DNA of 64,000 nt from an uncultured Candidatus Rokubacteria bacterium (GTDB lineage Bacteria > Methylomirabilota > Methylomirabilia > Rokubacteriales > DASRDR01). Position numbers and translations under genes: made by a program. The stretch covers positions 96,001 to 160,000 of the forward strand of contig CAVPSB010000019.1 in the NCBI GenBank assembly GCA_963708025.1. The letters run 5' to 3'. Below are positions 28,788-39,261 of the stretch, in pieces (the stretch's first letter is position 1; each line of letters starts with the position of its first letter). The notes beneath the pieces are model-generated. The model ran no database searches, was not told the DNA's origin, and saw only the letters and a program-made list of their open reading frames with translations.

Positions 28788-29671
28788 ACCGCCACCTGGC
28801 CGAACAGGCCACGCGGCCTCATCACGAGCACCCCGATCACGATCAGGTAGATGAGGAGCATCTCCAGCTCCGGGTAGACCGCGATGGCGACCGAGCGCAG
28901 GATGCCGACGACCAGGGCGCCGACGAAAGCGCCCCGCATGCTGCCGAGTCCGCCGATCACGACGACCGCGAAGGCCTCGACGATCAGCTCGATCCCCATC
29001 TCGCTCATGGCCGCGGTCGCCGGGATGACGAGGGCGCCGCCGAGGGTCCCGAGCGCGGTGCCGAGGGTGAAGACCCGGGCGTACAGGGATCCCATGTTCA
29101 CGCCCAGCGCCTCCGCCATCTCCCGGTTCTCGGCGGTCGCTCGCAGGATGCGGCCGAAGGCGGTGCGGGTCAGCAGCCAGCCGATGGTGCCGGCGATCAC
29201 CAGGCTGGCCGCGATGACGATCAGGTTGTAGACGGGCACGGTAGCGCCAAGCAGCCGCACCTGGCCGTAGACCAGATAGAGGCCGCCAGTGGACCGGGGG
29301 GCCGTCCCCCAGGTGAGGCGGATGACGTCCTCCAGCATGAGGACCAGGGCGAAGGTGAGGAGGAGCTGGAACGTCTCGTCGCGGTCGTAGACGAAGCGGA
29401 GGAGGCCGCGCTCGACGGCGATGCCCACCGCGCCGACCAGGAGGCCGCCGGCGGCCAGCGGGACGATGAAGAGCGCGGGCGGGCCGCCGGCATCCGTGAA
29501 GGCCTGGACCGCCGAGACGCCCACGTAGGCGCCGAGGGCGTAGAAGGAGCCGCAGGCGAGGTTGAAGATCTTCTGGACGCCGAAGACGACCTGCAGCCCG
29601 GCGGCCACCAGGAACAGGATGGCGGCGTGGAAGACGCCGCTCAGCAGCAGGTTGACGACGCCGGCGATCAT
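28784..29671 (-). CDS. ABC permease (LivH-like)
   Basis: GLQVVFG, VVVIGGLGS, RPRGLFG; overlaps the LivM-like start. Confidence 0.9.
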   Translation of the reverse strand: MIAGVVNLLLSGVFHAAILFLVAAGLQVVFGVQKIFNLACGSFYALGAYVGVSAVQAFTDAGGPPALFIVPLAAGGLLVGAVGIAVERGLLRFVYDRDETFQLLLTFALVLMLEDVIRLTWGTAPRSTGGLYLVYGQVRLLGATVPVYNLIVIAASLVIAGTIGWLLTRTAFGRILRATAENREMAEALGVNMGSLYARVFTLGTALGTLGGALVIPATAAMSEMGIELIVEAFAVVVIGGLGSMRGAFVGALVVGILRSVAIAVYPELEMLLIYLIVIGVLVMRPRGLFGQVAV

Positions 29672-29672
29672 C

Positions 29673-29860
29673 GGGCCCCTTCCTCTCCCCCGTCAGGGGG
29701 AGAGGGCCGGGGTGATGGGTCCGGGGCTCAGTCGGGCCGGGGGGGAGCTACGCGCTCCTCCGGCTCGCCGCGGCGCCTCGGTCCTGCGGCCCTCGGTGCG
29801 CCGCGCCCCTCCGGACGCCCCGGCCCCCCCCTCCGGGTTGCCCGATGCTCGCGCATCCCC
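29673..29860. repeat. GC-rich palindromic intergenic elements (CCTCTCCCC..GGGGAGAGG hairpin plus a nested palindrome)
   Basis: Hairpin plus GGGTGA(T/G)GG tail resembles 61306-61360. Confidence 0.55.
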
Positions 29861-29880
29861 GGCGATTCCTTCACAGCTTC

Positions 29881-31161
29881 TCAGACCTTCCAGGAATTGA
29901 TCCAGTCGAAGAGCTTGCTCCCCGCCGGCTTCATCGCCTGCTTGGTCGACAGGATCTCGATCGGGTCGATGGTGACGAAGTCGTAGGCGTTCTTGTGGGT
30001 CGTGATCCCCTGGTAGAAGTTGCACATCTGGACGTGGTCCTCGCGCCACGTCCGCTTGCCCGAGAGCGACTCCACCTCGATTCCCTCGAGGGCCTTGACC
30101 ACCTGCGCTTTGGTCGGCCATTGCTTGGCGCTGGCGTACGCCTTCTCGACGGCGACCCGGTACGACTCGGCGCAGAAGTAGGCGTGGTCGCACTCGTAAG
30201 GCGGGTACTCGTTGTATTTCGCCTTGTACTCGCGGGCGAACTGCTTGAGGAGCGGGCTCCCCTTGGGGTCGTCGAAGTACATGGAGTTGTAGCCGAGGAG
30301 GAAGCCCTCGGGCGTGAACTCCTTCTTGAGCGAGTCGTGGACGCCGCCGGCCGTCGTGAAGACGCCCTTCATCGTCTTGAACAGTCCCACCGCCGCCGCC
30401 TGCTTCATGATGATGGTGGCGTCGCCGGACCAGAAGGAGCACATGAGGAGGTCGGCCTTGGACTGCTGGATGGACGCGATGTGCGAGGTGAAGTCGGTGG
30501 CCCCCAGCTTGGGGAACAGCTCCAGCACGAACTTCACGTCGGGCAGGTAGCGCTTGAGGACCGCCTGGTAGGACTCCCAGCAGTCGTGGCCGTAGGAGTA
30601 GTCGTTCCCGATCCCGGCTACCGTTTTGATGCCCTTGAAATACTTGGCCGTCAGGATGGCGGCGACGATGGCCTCCACCTCGTTGTCCACGCTGCGGAAG
30701 GCCCACTTCGGGCTCGGCATCGTCTCCTCGACGCCCTTCTGGGTGGTGCCGTCCCACGAGAGCCATGGGCTGCCCAGGTCCTCGGCCACGGGCCCGAGGG
30801 CCAGCGTGACGCCAGTCGAGATGCCGCCGACCACGACCTCGACCCGGTCCTGGAGGATCAGCTTGCGGTAGCGCTCCACGGTGTCCTTCGGGGTGGACTC
30901 CTCCTCGACCACGAGCTGCACCGGCCGCCCCAGGATGCCGCCGGCCTTGTTCACACGCTCGGCCCACCATTCGGTGCCGCGCAGGCCGGCGGTGCCCACC
31001 GGCGCCGCGATCCCCGCCCGGATGGCCAGCACCCCGATCTTGACCGGCTCCGCCGGCACGCCCGGCCGCGCCTGGGTCCACGCCGAGCGCGGAGTGGCGA
31101 TCGCTCCCGCCGCGGCCGTCGCGCTCACGCCCTTCAAGAACTCGCGCCTGCTCGTCCTCAT
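29881..31161 (-). CDS. Tat-exported ABC substrate-binding protein (LivJ/PBP1 fold)
   Basis: SRREFLK; NKAGGILGRPV; DFTSHI. Confidence 0.9.
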   Translation of the reverse strand: MRTSRREFLKGVSATAAAGAIATPRSAWTQARPGVPAEPVKIGVLAIRAGIAAPVGTAGLRGTEWWAERVNKAGGILGRPVQLVVEEESTPKDTVERYRKLILQDRVEVVVGGISTGVTLALGPVAEDLGSPWLSWDGTTQKGVEETMPSPKWAFRSVDNEVEAIVAAILTAKYFKGIKTVAGIGNDYSYGHDCWESYQAVLKRYLPDVKFVLELFPKLGATDFTSHIASIQQSKADLLMCSFWSGDATIIMKQAAAVGLFKTMKGVFTTAGGVHDSLKKEFTPEGFLLGYNSMYFDDPKGSPLLKQFAREYKAKYNEYPPYECDHAYFCAESYRVAVEKAYASAKQWPTKAQVVKALEGIEVESLSGKRTWREDHVQMCNFYQGITTHKNAYDFVTIDPIEILSTKQAMKPAGSKLFDWINSWKV

Positions 31162-31192
31162 CGTCCCCTCCCTCTGGCTTGTCGGGATCTGC

Positions 31193-32293
31193 TCACGGCA
31201 CCCGGACGAAGCCTTCCATGAGGCGTCGCGCCGTCCGGTAGACGGTGACGCGCTCGGCCCACGGCTCGCCGGCCCGGCTCGACACCGTCGCCGCGATCGG
31301 CAGGACCCCGGAGGGGTGCCCGAGGCGGACGTCGGCGCCCTCCGACGCGACCGAGGCTTCGTGGACCACGGTCCCGCGGATCCGGGCGGCCACCGCCAGG
31401 CACATGGCCGCGGTCAGCGCGAAGGCCCGGTGGCAGTTTCCCATCGACATGACGCGGGCCACCAGGTCGGCCTGCTCGGCCCCGTGCGCCGTCCCGTCGA
31501 GGGCGGTGAAGGCGCGTGGCGGGGCGACGGCGGCGATCTTCGGCGTGGCGACGCTCCCCGGGATGCCCATGAGCCCGGCGGCGGCGACGCGGATCGCCTC
31601 CAGACGCGCCGTGAGCGCCCGATCGGCGTCGATGGCGGCTGGCGACTCGGTCCCGGCCAGGCCGAGGTCCGAGGCCCGGACGAAGACCATCGGATTCGTC
31701 GCGTCCACGAGCGAGGCGGGCAGCCCGTCGAGCACGTCCCGGGGCCGCCCGGTGGGCAAGAGCCTGCCAGTGCCGGCGCCGCCCGGGTCCAGGAAGTCGA
31801 GCGCGATGCGCGCGCCCCGCCCGGCGACGCCGGGCAGCTCGAAGTCGCCGCTGGTCGCCGCCTCCCCGCCGGCGACCGGCACGTGGGCGACGATGAGCTT
31901 CTTGGTGTTCGTGTTGTGGATGCGGACGACCGTGTCGCCCTCGACCGCCGGCACCAGGCGCTCGTCGATCGCGAACGGCCCCACCGCCGCCGAGCAGTTG
32001 CCGCAGTTGCCGGAGTAGTCGACGATCGGCTCCCGCACGTGGACCTGGGCGAACGTGTAGTCCACGTCCGCGTCGGGGTGCGTGGAGGGACCGATGAGAC
32101 AGGACTTGGAGAGCGAGGAGATCCCGCCGCCGAGACCGTCGAGCTGCCGGCCGTAGGGGTCGGGGCTGCCGAGCGCGGCCAGGATGACCTGGTCGCGCGC
32201 GTCGCCCGGCGAGGGGAGGTCGGCCTCGTGGAAGAAGAGCGCGCGACTGGTGCCGCCGCGCATGAAGACCGCCCGGATGCGCCGCTGGGTCAT
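31193..32293 (-). CDS. prpF: PrpF-family aconitate/methylaconitate isomerase
   Basis: MRGGTSR, GSPDPYGRQLDGLGG, GNCGN, HPSG, RTARRLMEG. Confidence 0.88.
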   Translation of the reverse strand: MTQRRIRAVFMRGGTSRALFFHEADLPSPGDARDQVILAALGSPDPYGRQLDGLGGGISSLSKSCLIGPSTHPDADVDYTFAQVHVREPIVDYSGNCGNCSAAVGPFAIDERLVPAVEGDTVVRIHNTNTKKLIVAHVPVAGGEAATSGDFELPGVAGRGARIALDFLDPGGAGTGRLLPTGRPRDVLDGLPASLVDATNPMVFVRASDLGLAGTESPAAIDADRALTARLEAIRVAAAGLMGIPGSVATPKIAAVAPPRAFTALDGTAHGAEQADLVARVMSMGNCHRAFALTAAMCLAVAARIRGTVVHEASVASEGADVRLGHPSGVLPIAATVSSRAGEPWAERVTVYRTARRLMEGFVRVP

Positions 32294-34224
32294 GCTGGGG
32301 AAGACGAGCCACTCCGCGTGTGGCGCAGCCGGCCGCCGGCCAGCAGGATCTCGCGCTCCCGAGGCGTCAGGACACAGCGGACCGGGATCCGGCGCCCCGT
32401 CGTCTCGTCCTCCACCGTCAAGGCCCCCGCCGCCAGCCCGTCCGCGATCCCGCGGATCGCCAGCCGGTCGCCGAGGCCGATCGCGTCGTAGTCGGACGGC
32501 TCCGCGAACTCGAGCGGCAGCATGCCCCAGTTGATCAGGTTGGCCCGATGGATGCGGGCGAAGGTCTTGGCCAGGACGCCCCGCACGCCGAGATACATGG
32601 GCGCGATGGCCGCCGCCTCGCGGGAGGAGCCCTGGCCGTACGTCTGGGCCGCCACGATGAAGCCGCCGCCGGCGGCCCTGGCCCGGGCGACGAACTCCGG
32701 GTCGAGGTTCTTGAACGTGTACTCGGCGATGGCGGGGACGTTCGAGCGGAAGACCAGCACCTGGGCGCCGGAGGGCGAGATGTCGTCGGTCGAGACCTTG
32801 TCGCCGGCCTTGAGCAGGACCGGCCCGGTCAGCTCGTCGCCGGGCGGCCGGCCGATCGGGACCTCGCGGATGTTCGGCCCCTTGACGATCTCCGCCGTCC
32901 CGCCGTTCCCGGCCGGCTGGATCAGGCCGGCGGTCGTCCGGGTGAAGCGCGGCGGAAAGACGACCTCGGGCGCGGGGCCGAGCGTCCGCGGATCGGTGAT
33001 GACGCCGCGGAGGGCGGAGACGCAGGCGGTCTGGGAGGACGAGAGGTAGATCTGGTCGTCCTTGACCCCGCTGCGGCCGGGGAAGTTCCGGTTGAACGCG
33101 CGCAGGCTCTTCGACCCCGACGCCGGCACGTGGCCGATGCCCGGGCACGCCCCGCAGGTGGACTCGGACACCACGGCGCCGGCCGCCAGCAGGTCGGCGA
33201 CCAGACCCTGCCGGGCCATCGTCTCCAGGATCTGCTGGCTCGCCGGGAACAGGACGAAGGAGACGTCCGGGTGGACCTGCCGGCCGCGGAGGATCTCGGC
33301 GACCACGAACATGTCTTCCCAGGAGCCGTTGGTGCAGGAGCCGACCAGCACCTGCTCGATCGGCGTGCCCTCGACCTCGGTGACCGGCACCACGTGGTCG
33401 GGGGAGCCGGGGAGCGCCACCAGCGGCACGAGGCTCCCCAGGTCCAGCTCCATCGTGTCGTCGTAGGCGGCGTCGGCGTCGGCCGCCAGCGGCCGCCACT
33501 CGCCGTCCCGGCCGAGGCGGGCCAGGTAGCTGCGGGTCACCTCGTCGGACGGGAACACCGACGTCGTGAGCCCCAGCTCGGCCCCCATGTTGGCGATCGT
33601 CGCCCGCTGGGGGACGGTGAGGCGACCCACGCCGTCGCCCGCGTACTCGAAGATCTTGCCGAAGCCGCCCCGCACGGTGAGACGCCGGAGCAGCTCGAGG
33701 ATCACGTCCTTGGCCGAGACCCAGGGGTGGAGGCGCCCGGTCAGGACCACCCGCACGACCTGCGGCATCGGAAAGAAGTACGGGGCGCCGCCCATGGCGC
33801 AGGCCACGTCGAGCCCGCCGGCGCCGATGGCCAGCATGCCGAGGGCGCCGCACAGCGGCGTGTGGCTGTCCGAGCCGAGGAGCACGAGCCCCGGCGCGCC
33901 GAAGGCCTCGATCTGGACCTGATGGCAGATGCCGTTGCCCGGCTTCGAGTACCAGCCGCCGTAGCGCCGCGACGCCGTCGCCAGGTAGCGGTGGTCGTCG
34001 GTGTTGCGCGAGTCGAACTGGTAGACCTGGTGGTCGGCGTAGGTGACGACGGTGGGCACCTGGACGCGGGGGAATCCCATCGCCTCGAACTGGAGCCAGG
34101 CCATCGTCCCGTTGGTGTCGGTGAGCAGCACCTGGTCCACGCGGATCCCGACCTCGCGGCCGCCGGCCGGCTCGCCGGCGACGAGGTGACTGCCGATGAG
34201 CTTCTGGACGAGGCTCTGGCCCAT
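32290..34224 (-). CDS. Aconitate hydratase (short ~640-aa type)
   Basis: GNGICHQ, GSDSHT, GSCTN, CGACPG, FNRNF, STDDISP, YGQGSSRE. Confidence 0.9.
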   Translation of the reverse strand: MGQSLVQKLIGSHLVAGEPAGGREVGIRVDQVLLTDTNGTMAWLQFEAMGFPRVQVPTVVTYADHQVYQFDSRNTDDHRYLATASRRYGGWYSKPGNGICHQVQIEAFGAPGLVLLGSDSHTPLCGALGMLAIGAGGLDVACAMGGAPYFFPMPQVVRVVLTGRLHPWVSAKDVILELLRRLTVRGGFGKIFEYAGDGVGRLTVPQRATIANMGAELGLTTSVFPSDEVTRSYLARLGRDGEWRPLAADADAAYDDTMELDLGSLVPLVALPGSPDHVVPVTEVEGTPIEQVLVGSCTNGSWEDMFVVAEILRGRQVHPDVSFVLFPASQQILETMARQGLVADLLAAGAVVSESTCGACPGIGHVPASGSKSLRAFNRNFPGRSGVKDDQIYLSSSQTACVSALRGVITDPRTLGPAPEVVFPPRFTRTTAGLIQPAGNGGTAEIVKGPNIREVPIGRPPGDELTGPVLLKAGDKVSTDDISPSGAQVLVFRSNVPAIAEYTFKNLDPEFVARARAAGGGFIVAAQTYGQGSSREAAAIAPMYLGVRGVLAKTFARIHRANLINWGMLPLEFAEPSDYDAIGLGDRLAIRGIADGLAAGALTVEDETTGRRIPVRCVLTPREREILLAGGRLRHTRSGSSSPA

Positions 34225-34230
34225 TCTCGA

Positions 34231-35364
34231 TTACGCCCGCCCGGCGAGGGGCCGGAACGGCCGGTGGGCGGGGCCGACGTACTCGGCCCGCGGGCGGATC
34301 AGCCGGTTGTCGGCGTGCTGCTCGAGGAGGTGGGCCGTCCAGCCGGCGATCCGCGACACCGCGATGACCGGGACGAAGAGGTCCACCGGGAGCCCCAGCG
34401 CGTAGAAGAGCGGCGCCGAGTAGAAGTCCACGTTGGGGATGAGCCCCTTCTCGCGATTCACCGCCTCGTGGAGCCGCACCGCGGTGTCGAACCACACGGC
34501 CTCGCCCGACCGGCGGCAGGCCTTCTCGGCCAGCTCCCGGAGGATGCGGGCCCGGGGGTCCCCCGCCTTGTAGACGCGGTGGCCGAAGCCCATGAGCCGC
34601 CGCTTCTCGGCCAGGGCCCGCCGGGTGAAGGCCTCCGCCTGGTCCGGCTGCCCGATCTCCTGGAGCGTCCGCATGACCGCCTCGCCGGCCCCGCCGTGGA
34701 GCGGGCCCTTGAGCGCGCCCAGCGCGCCGGAGACGGCCGAATGCATGTCGGAGAGGGTGGAGGCGATGGTGCGCGCGGTGAACGTCGAGGCGTTCAGCTC
34801 GTGCTCGGCATAGAGGACCAGCGCGGCGTCGAAGGCGCGGACCTGGACCGCCGTCGCCTTCCGGCCGGCCACGGTGTGCAGGAAGCTGGCCGCGTGCCCC
34901 AGCTCGGGCCGCGCCGTGACCGGGCGCTTCCCCTGCCGCACGCGGTGGAAGCCCGCGGTGAGGGTCGCCATCTGGGCGACGAGGCGCACCGCCTTCCGCC
35001 GGTTCGCCTCGGCCGAGTTATCCTCGGCGTCGGGATCGAGTGCGCCCAGGAGCGCGATCGCCGTCTGGAGGACGCGCATCGGGTGCATCTCGCGCGGGAC
35101 GAGCTTGAGCGCCTTCAGCATGAGCGGCGGAAGCGGTCGCGCGTCGGTCAGCTCCGTCCGGAAGCCCTCCAGCTCGGCCGGCCGCGGCAGCTCCCCGTGC
35201 CAGAGGAGCCACACCACTTCCTCGAACGACGCTCGCCGCGCGAGGTCGTCGATGTCGTAGCCCTGGTAGGCGAGACGGCCCTGGACGCCGTCGAGATTGC
35301 ACAGGCGGGTGGTCGCCGCCACGACGCCCTCGAGGCCCTTGATCGGTTCGGCTTCGGTCGGCAT
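34231..35364 (-). CDS. Citrate/2-methylcitrate synthase
   Basis: KGLEGV, EHELNAST, GPLHGGA, MGFGHRVYK, PNVDFY. Confidence 0.92.
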   Translation of the reverse strand: MPTEAEPIKGLEGVVAATTRLCNLDGVQGRLAYQGYDIDDLARRASFEEVVWLLWHGELPRPAELEGFRTELTDARPLPPLMLKALKLVPREMHPMRVLQTAIALLGALDPDAEDNSAEANRRKAVRLVAQMATLTAGFHRVRQGKRPVTARPELGHAASFLHTVAGRKATAVQVRAFDAALVLYAEHELNASTFTARTIASTLSDMHSAVSGALGALKGPLHGGAGEAVMRTLQEIGQPDQAEAFTRRALAEKRRLMGFGHRVYKAGDPRARILRELAEKACRRSGEAVWFDTAVRLHEAVNREKGLIPNVDFYSAPLFYALGLPVDLFVPVIAVSRIAGWTAHLLEQHADNRLIRPRAEYVGPAHRPFRPLAGRA

Positions 35365-35455
35365 CGGACGGCTCCTCTTAGGTCACGGGATCCGGGCGGG
35401 GTCGGGACGGGAGAGCACGGGATGCCGGCGCCGACCGGACCCCGGCCGCCCTCCT

Positions 35456-35484
35456 GTGATACCAAGCCGGCCGGGCCGGGTCAA
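35456..35484 (-). promoter_or_regulatory. sigma70-like promoter for the citrate synthase operon
   Basis: TTGACC-N17-TATCAC on the minus strand. Confidence 0.4.
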
Positions 35485-35540
35485 GCACGCCGCGCGCCGG
35501 CTGGCTTCTCGCGACGCGCTGGCCTTGGCCCCGCGGTAGG

Positions 35541-35618
35541 GTGTTCCAACTCCGAGCCGCGCCTTCGCCGCGGCCTCCGAGGGGGGGAATCGGGGGGTCT
35601 TCCGAGACCCCCCCGAAG
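35541..35618 (-). repeat. Repeat family A, copy 3
   Basis: Reverse complement of the 2474 element. Confidence 0.8.
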
Positions 35619-35622
35619 TCGC

Positions 35623-36177
35623 TCAGGCGCCGACGATGACGCCGACGACCTTCTGGAGCTGGCTGATGTCGATCGGCTTGTTGAGCATCGTGAACGGCCC
35701 GGTCTCCAGGGCGCGGGACATCAGATCCGAGTCGGGGTAGCCGGTCACGATCACCACCGGCAGCTCGGGCCGGATCGCATGGAGCTGGCGGAAGGTCTCC
35801 ACGCCGCTGATGCCGGGCATGATGAGGTCGAGCAGGACGAGGTCGAGATCGTTCTGCTTGGCGATCTCCAGGGCTTCCTCGCCGCTGGCGGCCGTGAAGA
35901 TCTGGCGCTGGCCGGTCTGGAGCGCGGAGACGATGAACTGGCGCGTCACCTCTTCGTCGTCCACCACCAGGAGATTCACGCGCAGGGTGGCGGCGTGCTG
36001 CCGGAACCAGTCATCGAGGATGGACTTGTGAAAGCGCCACTGGCGGCCGACCTTGTGGCCCGGCAGCTCCCGGCGCTCGGCGAGGCGATAGACGGTGGAA
36101 ACGGGAAGCTTGAGATACGCGGCCACGTCGCGGATTGTCAGGATCTCGGCGTCTCCGGCCCGTCGCCGCTCGACCAT
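35623..36177 (-). CDS. Excisionase-type HTH + receiver domain response regulator
   Basis: ILTIRDVAAYLKL..STVY...KVGRQWRF, then LVVDD..LLD..MP..NKP; possible longer start at 36402. Confidence 0.85.
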   Translation of the reverse strand: MVERRRAGDAEILTIRDVAAYLKLPVSTVYRLAERRELPGHKVGRQWRFHKSILDDWFRQHAATLRVNLLVVDDEEVTRQFIVSALQTGQRQIFTAASGEEALEIAKQNDLDLVLLDLIMPGISGVETFRQLHAIRPELPVVIVTGYPDSDLMSRALETGPFTMLNKPIDISQLQKVVGVIVGA

Positions 36178-36705
36178 GGTTTGTCCTTCCGTCTGCTTCC
36201 CCGCCTGCTTGTCAGCCCCCGGCCTTCCACCGCGTGACCGCTGCGACGCCTTCCCATCTCTCAACGCTGTTGGGGTTAATTCCGGGTAGGCCGACATAGT
36301 TCCATTCGTTCGGGTGGGTGTCAAGGGAAAAGGGTTTGGCTCGATGGACAGTCCCTCGACGTCTCCGGCTGAAACGCTGGGTTTCCGGGGTTTTCGCGCC
36401 ATGTCCTGGTCTCCCTCCCCATCGGCTCCTGGTGGTCCCCTGGGCCTTCGGGGTCGGCGGTGAGGAGTGCAACGGCAGTACCAAGAAACGCCCGCTCCCG
36501 CTAAGCCATGGCCGGGAAAGAGTACCCCAAGGCGGTCGCGGCCGACCGTGGGCAATTCCTGCTCGCACTTCCCAGCCAGTCGAGCCTGTTTCTAACCAGG
36601 CTCCCGCATGGGACTGGCGACTTGCCGGTCACTCGACCGAATTCGCCTGCAGTGAGGCTGCCTTGACACCCGATCCGGCGCTGGGGTACGGTGGGGGCGC
36701 CCCCG

Positions 36706-36948
36706 ATGCACACCCAGCTCCAGGCCGACCGGGTTCTCGACTGTCTCGGGCTATTCTGCCCGATGCCGATCGTCAAGACCCGGGAGGCGATGAAGACCAT
36801 GACCGCCGGCCAGGTGCTCGAGATGCGCTCCGACGACCCCGCCAGCGAACCCGACATGAAGAGCTGGGCTCAGCGGACCGGGAATGAGCTCGTTGCGGTT
36901 ACGAAGGACGGCCCGATCTACCGATTCCTGGTCCGAAAGACCCGATAG
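36706..36948 (+). CDS. tusA: TusA-family sulfur carrier
   Basis: LDCLGLFCPMP, SDDP; upstream TTGACA(36663)-N18-TACGGT. Confidence 0.9.
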   Translation: MHTQLQADRVLDCLGLFCPMPIVKTREAMKTMTAGQVLEMRSDDPASEPDMKSWAQRTGNELVAVTKDGPIYRFLVRKTR

Positions 36949-38116
36949 GTCGGGGCTGCCGCGCCCCGGACGCCGGGTCTACGTCGACTACGCCGGGTTT
37001 GTGCCTGTCGATCCCCGGGTGCTGGCCGTGATGACCCCGTTCCTGGAGGGCTGGGTGGGGAACCCCTCCGCGCTCCATGCGCTCGGCCAGGAGGCGCGTG
37101 ACTCGCTCGATGCCGCTCGCGCCAAGATCGGCCGCCTGGTGGGGGCGCGTCCGGATGCGGTCCTCTTCACGAGCGGCGCCACCGAGGCCAACAACCTGGC
37201 GATCAGGGGCATCGCCCTCCGGAGCGGCAAGCGTCACATCCTGACCACCGCGATCGAGCACGCCTCCGTCCTCACGCCGTGCCGCGATCTCATGAAGGCG
37301 GGCTTCGAGGTGACCTACCTGCCCGTCGACCGTGAGGGCCGGGTCACGCCGGCGGACGTGCGCACGGCGCTCCGGGCCGACACCTGTCTGGTCTCCATCG
37401 GCGCGGCCAACGCCGAGATCGGCACGATCCAGCCGTGGCGCGGCATCGCCGCGATCACGCAGGAGGCCGGCGTCCCTCTCCACGTCGACGGCGTCGGCGC
37501 GGTGGGCCGGGTGGCGCTGGCGGTCGAGGCCGACGGGATCGACCTCCTCACGATCGCGGCCAACGACCTCCACGGCCCGCCGGGCGTCGGGGCCCTCTGG
37601 GTGCGGCCCGGGCTCACGCTGGTCCCGCAGGTCCTGGGCGGGGGCCAGCAGGACGGTCTCCGCTCGGGCACGGAGAACCTCGCCGGGGTGGTGGGGCTCG
37701 GCGTCGCCGCCGAGCTGGCGCTCCGGGAGGGCCCCGGCGAGCGCGAGCGCGTGATGGCCTTGCGGGACCGGCTCATCGAGGGCCTGGCCCTCGCCTGTCC
37801 GCAAGCGCGGCTGACGGGGCCGCGGGTCGGCCGGCTGCCGCACCACGTGAGCCTGGCGGTGACCGGGGTCAAGGGGGAGAGCCTGATCCTGGCGCTGGAC
37901 CTGGTGGGGATCTCGGCCTCCACGGGCTCCGCGTGCGCCACCCTGACCGGCGAGCCCTCGCGCGTGCTGCGTGCCATCGGGCTCGACCCCCTGGCCGCCG
38001 CCGGCTCGCTCTGCGTGACCTTGGGGCGGTGGAGCCGGCCCGAGGACGTCCAGGCGCTCCTCGCGGAGCTGCCGCCGATCGTCGACCGCCTGCGCGCCCT
38101 CTCGCCGATCCACTGA
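36884..38116 (+). CDS. IscS/NifS-like cysteine desulfurase homologue with the PLP Lys replaced by Asp
   Basis: GNPS, FTSGATEANN, IEH, RSGTEN, STGSAC; AANDLHGP in place of SxHKxxGP; start uncertain. Confidence 0.85.
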   Translation: MSSLRLRRTARSTDSWSERPDRSGLPRPGRRVYVDYAGFVPVDPRVLAVMTPFLEGWVGNPSALHALGQEARDSLDAARAKIGRLVGARPDAVLFTSGATEANNLAIRGIALRSGKRHILTTAIEHASVLTPCRDLMKAGFEVTYLPVDREGRVTPADVRTALRADTCLVSIGAANAEIGTIQPWRGIAAITQEAGVPLHVDGVGAVGRVALAVEADGIDLLTIAANDLHGPPGVGALWVRPGLTLVPQVLGGGQQDGLRSGTENLAGVVGLGVAAELALREGPGERERVMALRDRLIEGLALACPQARLTGPRVGRLPHHVSLAVTGVKGESLILALDLVGISASTGSACATLTGEPSRVLRAIGLDPLAAAGSLCVTLGRWSRPEDVQALLAELPPIVDRLRALSPIH

Positions 38117-38123
38117 TCGACGC

Positions 38124-38825
38124 ATGCGTCTCGTCCTCTTCGACATCGACGGGACGCTGCTGTCGGCGGGCGGCGCGGGCCGGCGCGCGCTCGGTCGCGC
38201 CCTGATGGACGTCTACGGCACCGCGGGGCCTATCGACACCTACGACTTCCGTGGCGGCACGGACCCTCAGATCGTCCGCGATCTCCTCGGGGCGGCCGGG
38301 CTGCCGCCCGCGGACATCGCGGCGCGCGAGATGGAGCTTTACGGGCGCTACCTCGAGCACCTCGAGGAGGAGATCGGGGACGGACACGGCGTCCGGCTGC
38401 TCCCGGGCGTGACCGCGTTGGTGGAGGCGCTGGCGGCCCATCCCGCCTGCGTCGTCGGGCTCCTTACCGGGAACATCGAGGCGGGCGCGCGGGTGAAGCT
38501 GCGGAGGACCGGCCTCTGGCCCCGGTTCCGGCTCGGGGCCTACGGCTCCGACGACGGGGACCGCACCCGGCTACCCGCGGTGGCGGCGCGGCGCGCCGAG
38601 GCCCTCGTCGGGCACGTGTTCCGCGGCCGCGACCTGGTCGTCATCGGCGACACGCCGCGCGACGTCGGCTGCGGGCGGGCCTTCGGGGCGGTGTGCGTGG
38701 CCGTGGCCACCGGCTGGCACGCGGTCGCCGAGCTCTCGGGCTGCGGGCCCGACCACGTCTTCGCCGATCTCAGCGAGACCGACCGGGTCATCGCGGCGAT
38801 CTTCGACAGCCACCCCGGAGGCTGA
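38124..38825 (+). CDS. HAD-family hydrolase/phosphatase
   Basis: FDIDGTL, LTGN, IGDTPRD. Confidence 0.9.
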   Translation: MRLVLFDIDGTLLSAGGAGRRALGRALMDVYGTAGPIDTYDFRGGTDPQIVRDLLGAAGLPPADIAAREMELYGRYLEHLEEEIGDGHGVRLLPGVTALVEALAAHPACVVGLLTGNIEAGARVKLRRTGLWPRFRLGAYGSDDGDRTRLPAVAARRAEALVGHVFRGRDLVVIGDTPRDVGCGRAFGAVCVAVATGWHAVAELSGCGPDHVFADLSETDRVIAAIFDSHPGG

Positions 38826-38832
38826 CGGTCCA

Positions 38833-39261
38833 GTGGAGCGGATCGTCGTCGTCTGGCTCCACCTGCTGGCGGCGTCGGCCTGGGTCGGAGCCTTCCTCTT
38901 CGTGAGCCACCTGGTGGTCCCGGCCCTCGCCCGCGGCGAGCGCCCCTACCTGGGACTCCTCGAGCGCGCCCGCGTCGTGGCGTGGGCGGCGATCGGGCTC
39001 CTGCTCGTGACCGGCCTCGACAACCTCCGCCGGGTGCGGCTGGACAGCCCGTGGCTGATCGCGAAGCTCCTCCTCGTCCTCGTCCTCCTCGCGCTGGCCG
39101 CCCACCGGGACTTCGCCCTCGTCCCACGGGCGATCCGCATGATCGCGCGGGGTGGCAGTCCGGCGGTCGCGCTCGGCGGGCTCCGCTGGCTCGACCGCGT
39201 TCTGCTGATCGTCGCCATGGTCGTGTTCTTCCTTGGGGTCGGTGTCGCCCGGGGCCGCTGA
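38833..39261 (+). CDS. CopD/DUF4149-like 4-TM membrane protein
   Basis: WLHLLAASAWVG, LLVTG, hydrophobic helices. Confidence 0.7.
   Translation: MERIVVVWLHLLAASAWVGAFLFVSHLVVPALARGERPYLGLLERARVVAWAAIGLLLVTGLDNLRRVRLDSPWLIAKLLLVLVLLALAAHRDFALVPRAIRMIARGGSPAVALGGLRWLDRVLLIVAMVVFFLGVGVARGR

Noticed and set aside
31193-34495. 1100-aa ORF suggesting an aconitase-PrpF fusion
   Set aside because: PrpF starts at ATG 32293 overlapping the aconitase stop; the upstream part is off-frame noise
35623-36177. Excisionase HTH as a sign of a prophage or ICE
   Set aside because: Fused to a receiver domain; no integrase or phage genes nearby
32320-36237. Very long antisense or alternate-frame ORFs (1305 aa here; also 18808-22221, 24437-27196, 8686-11382)
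   Set aside because: Shadows of real genes in high-GC DNA; Arg/Pro/Gly-rich with no motifs
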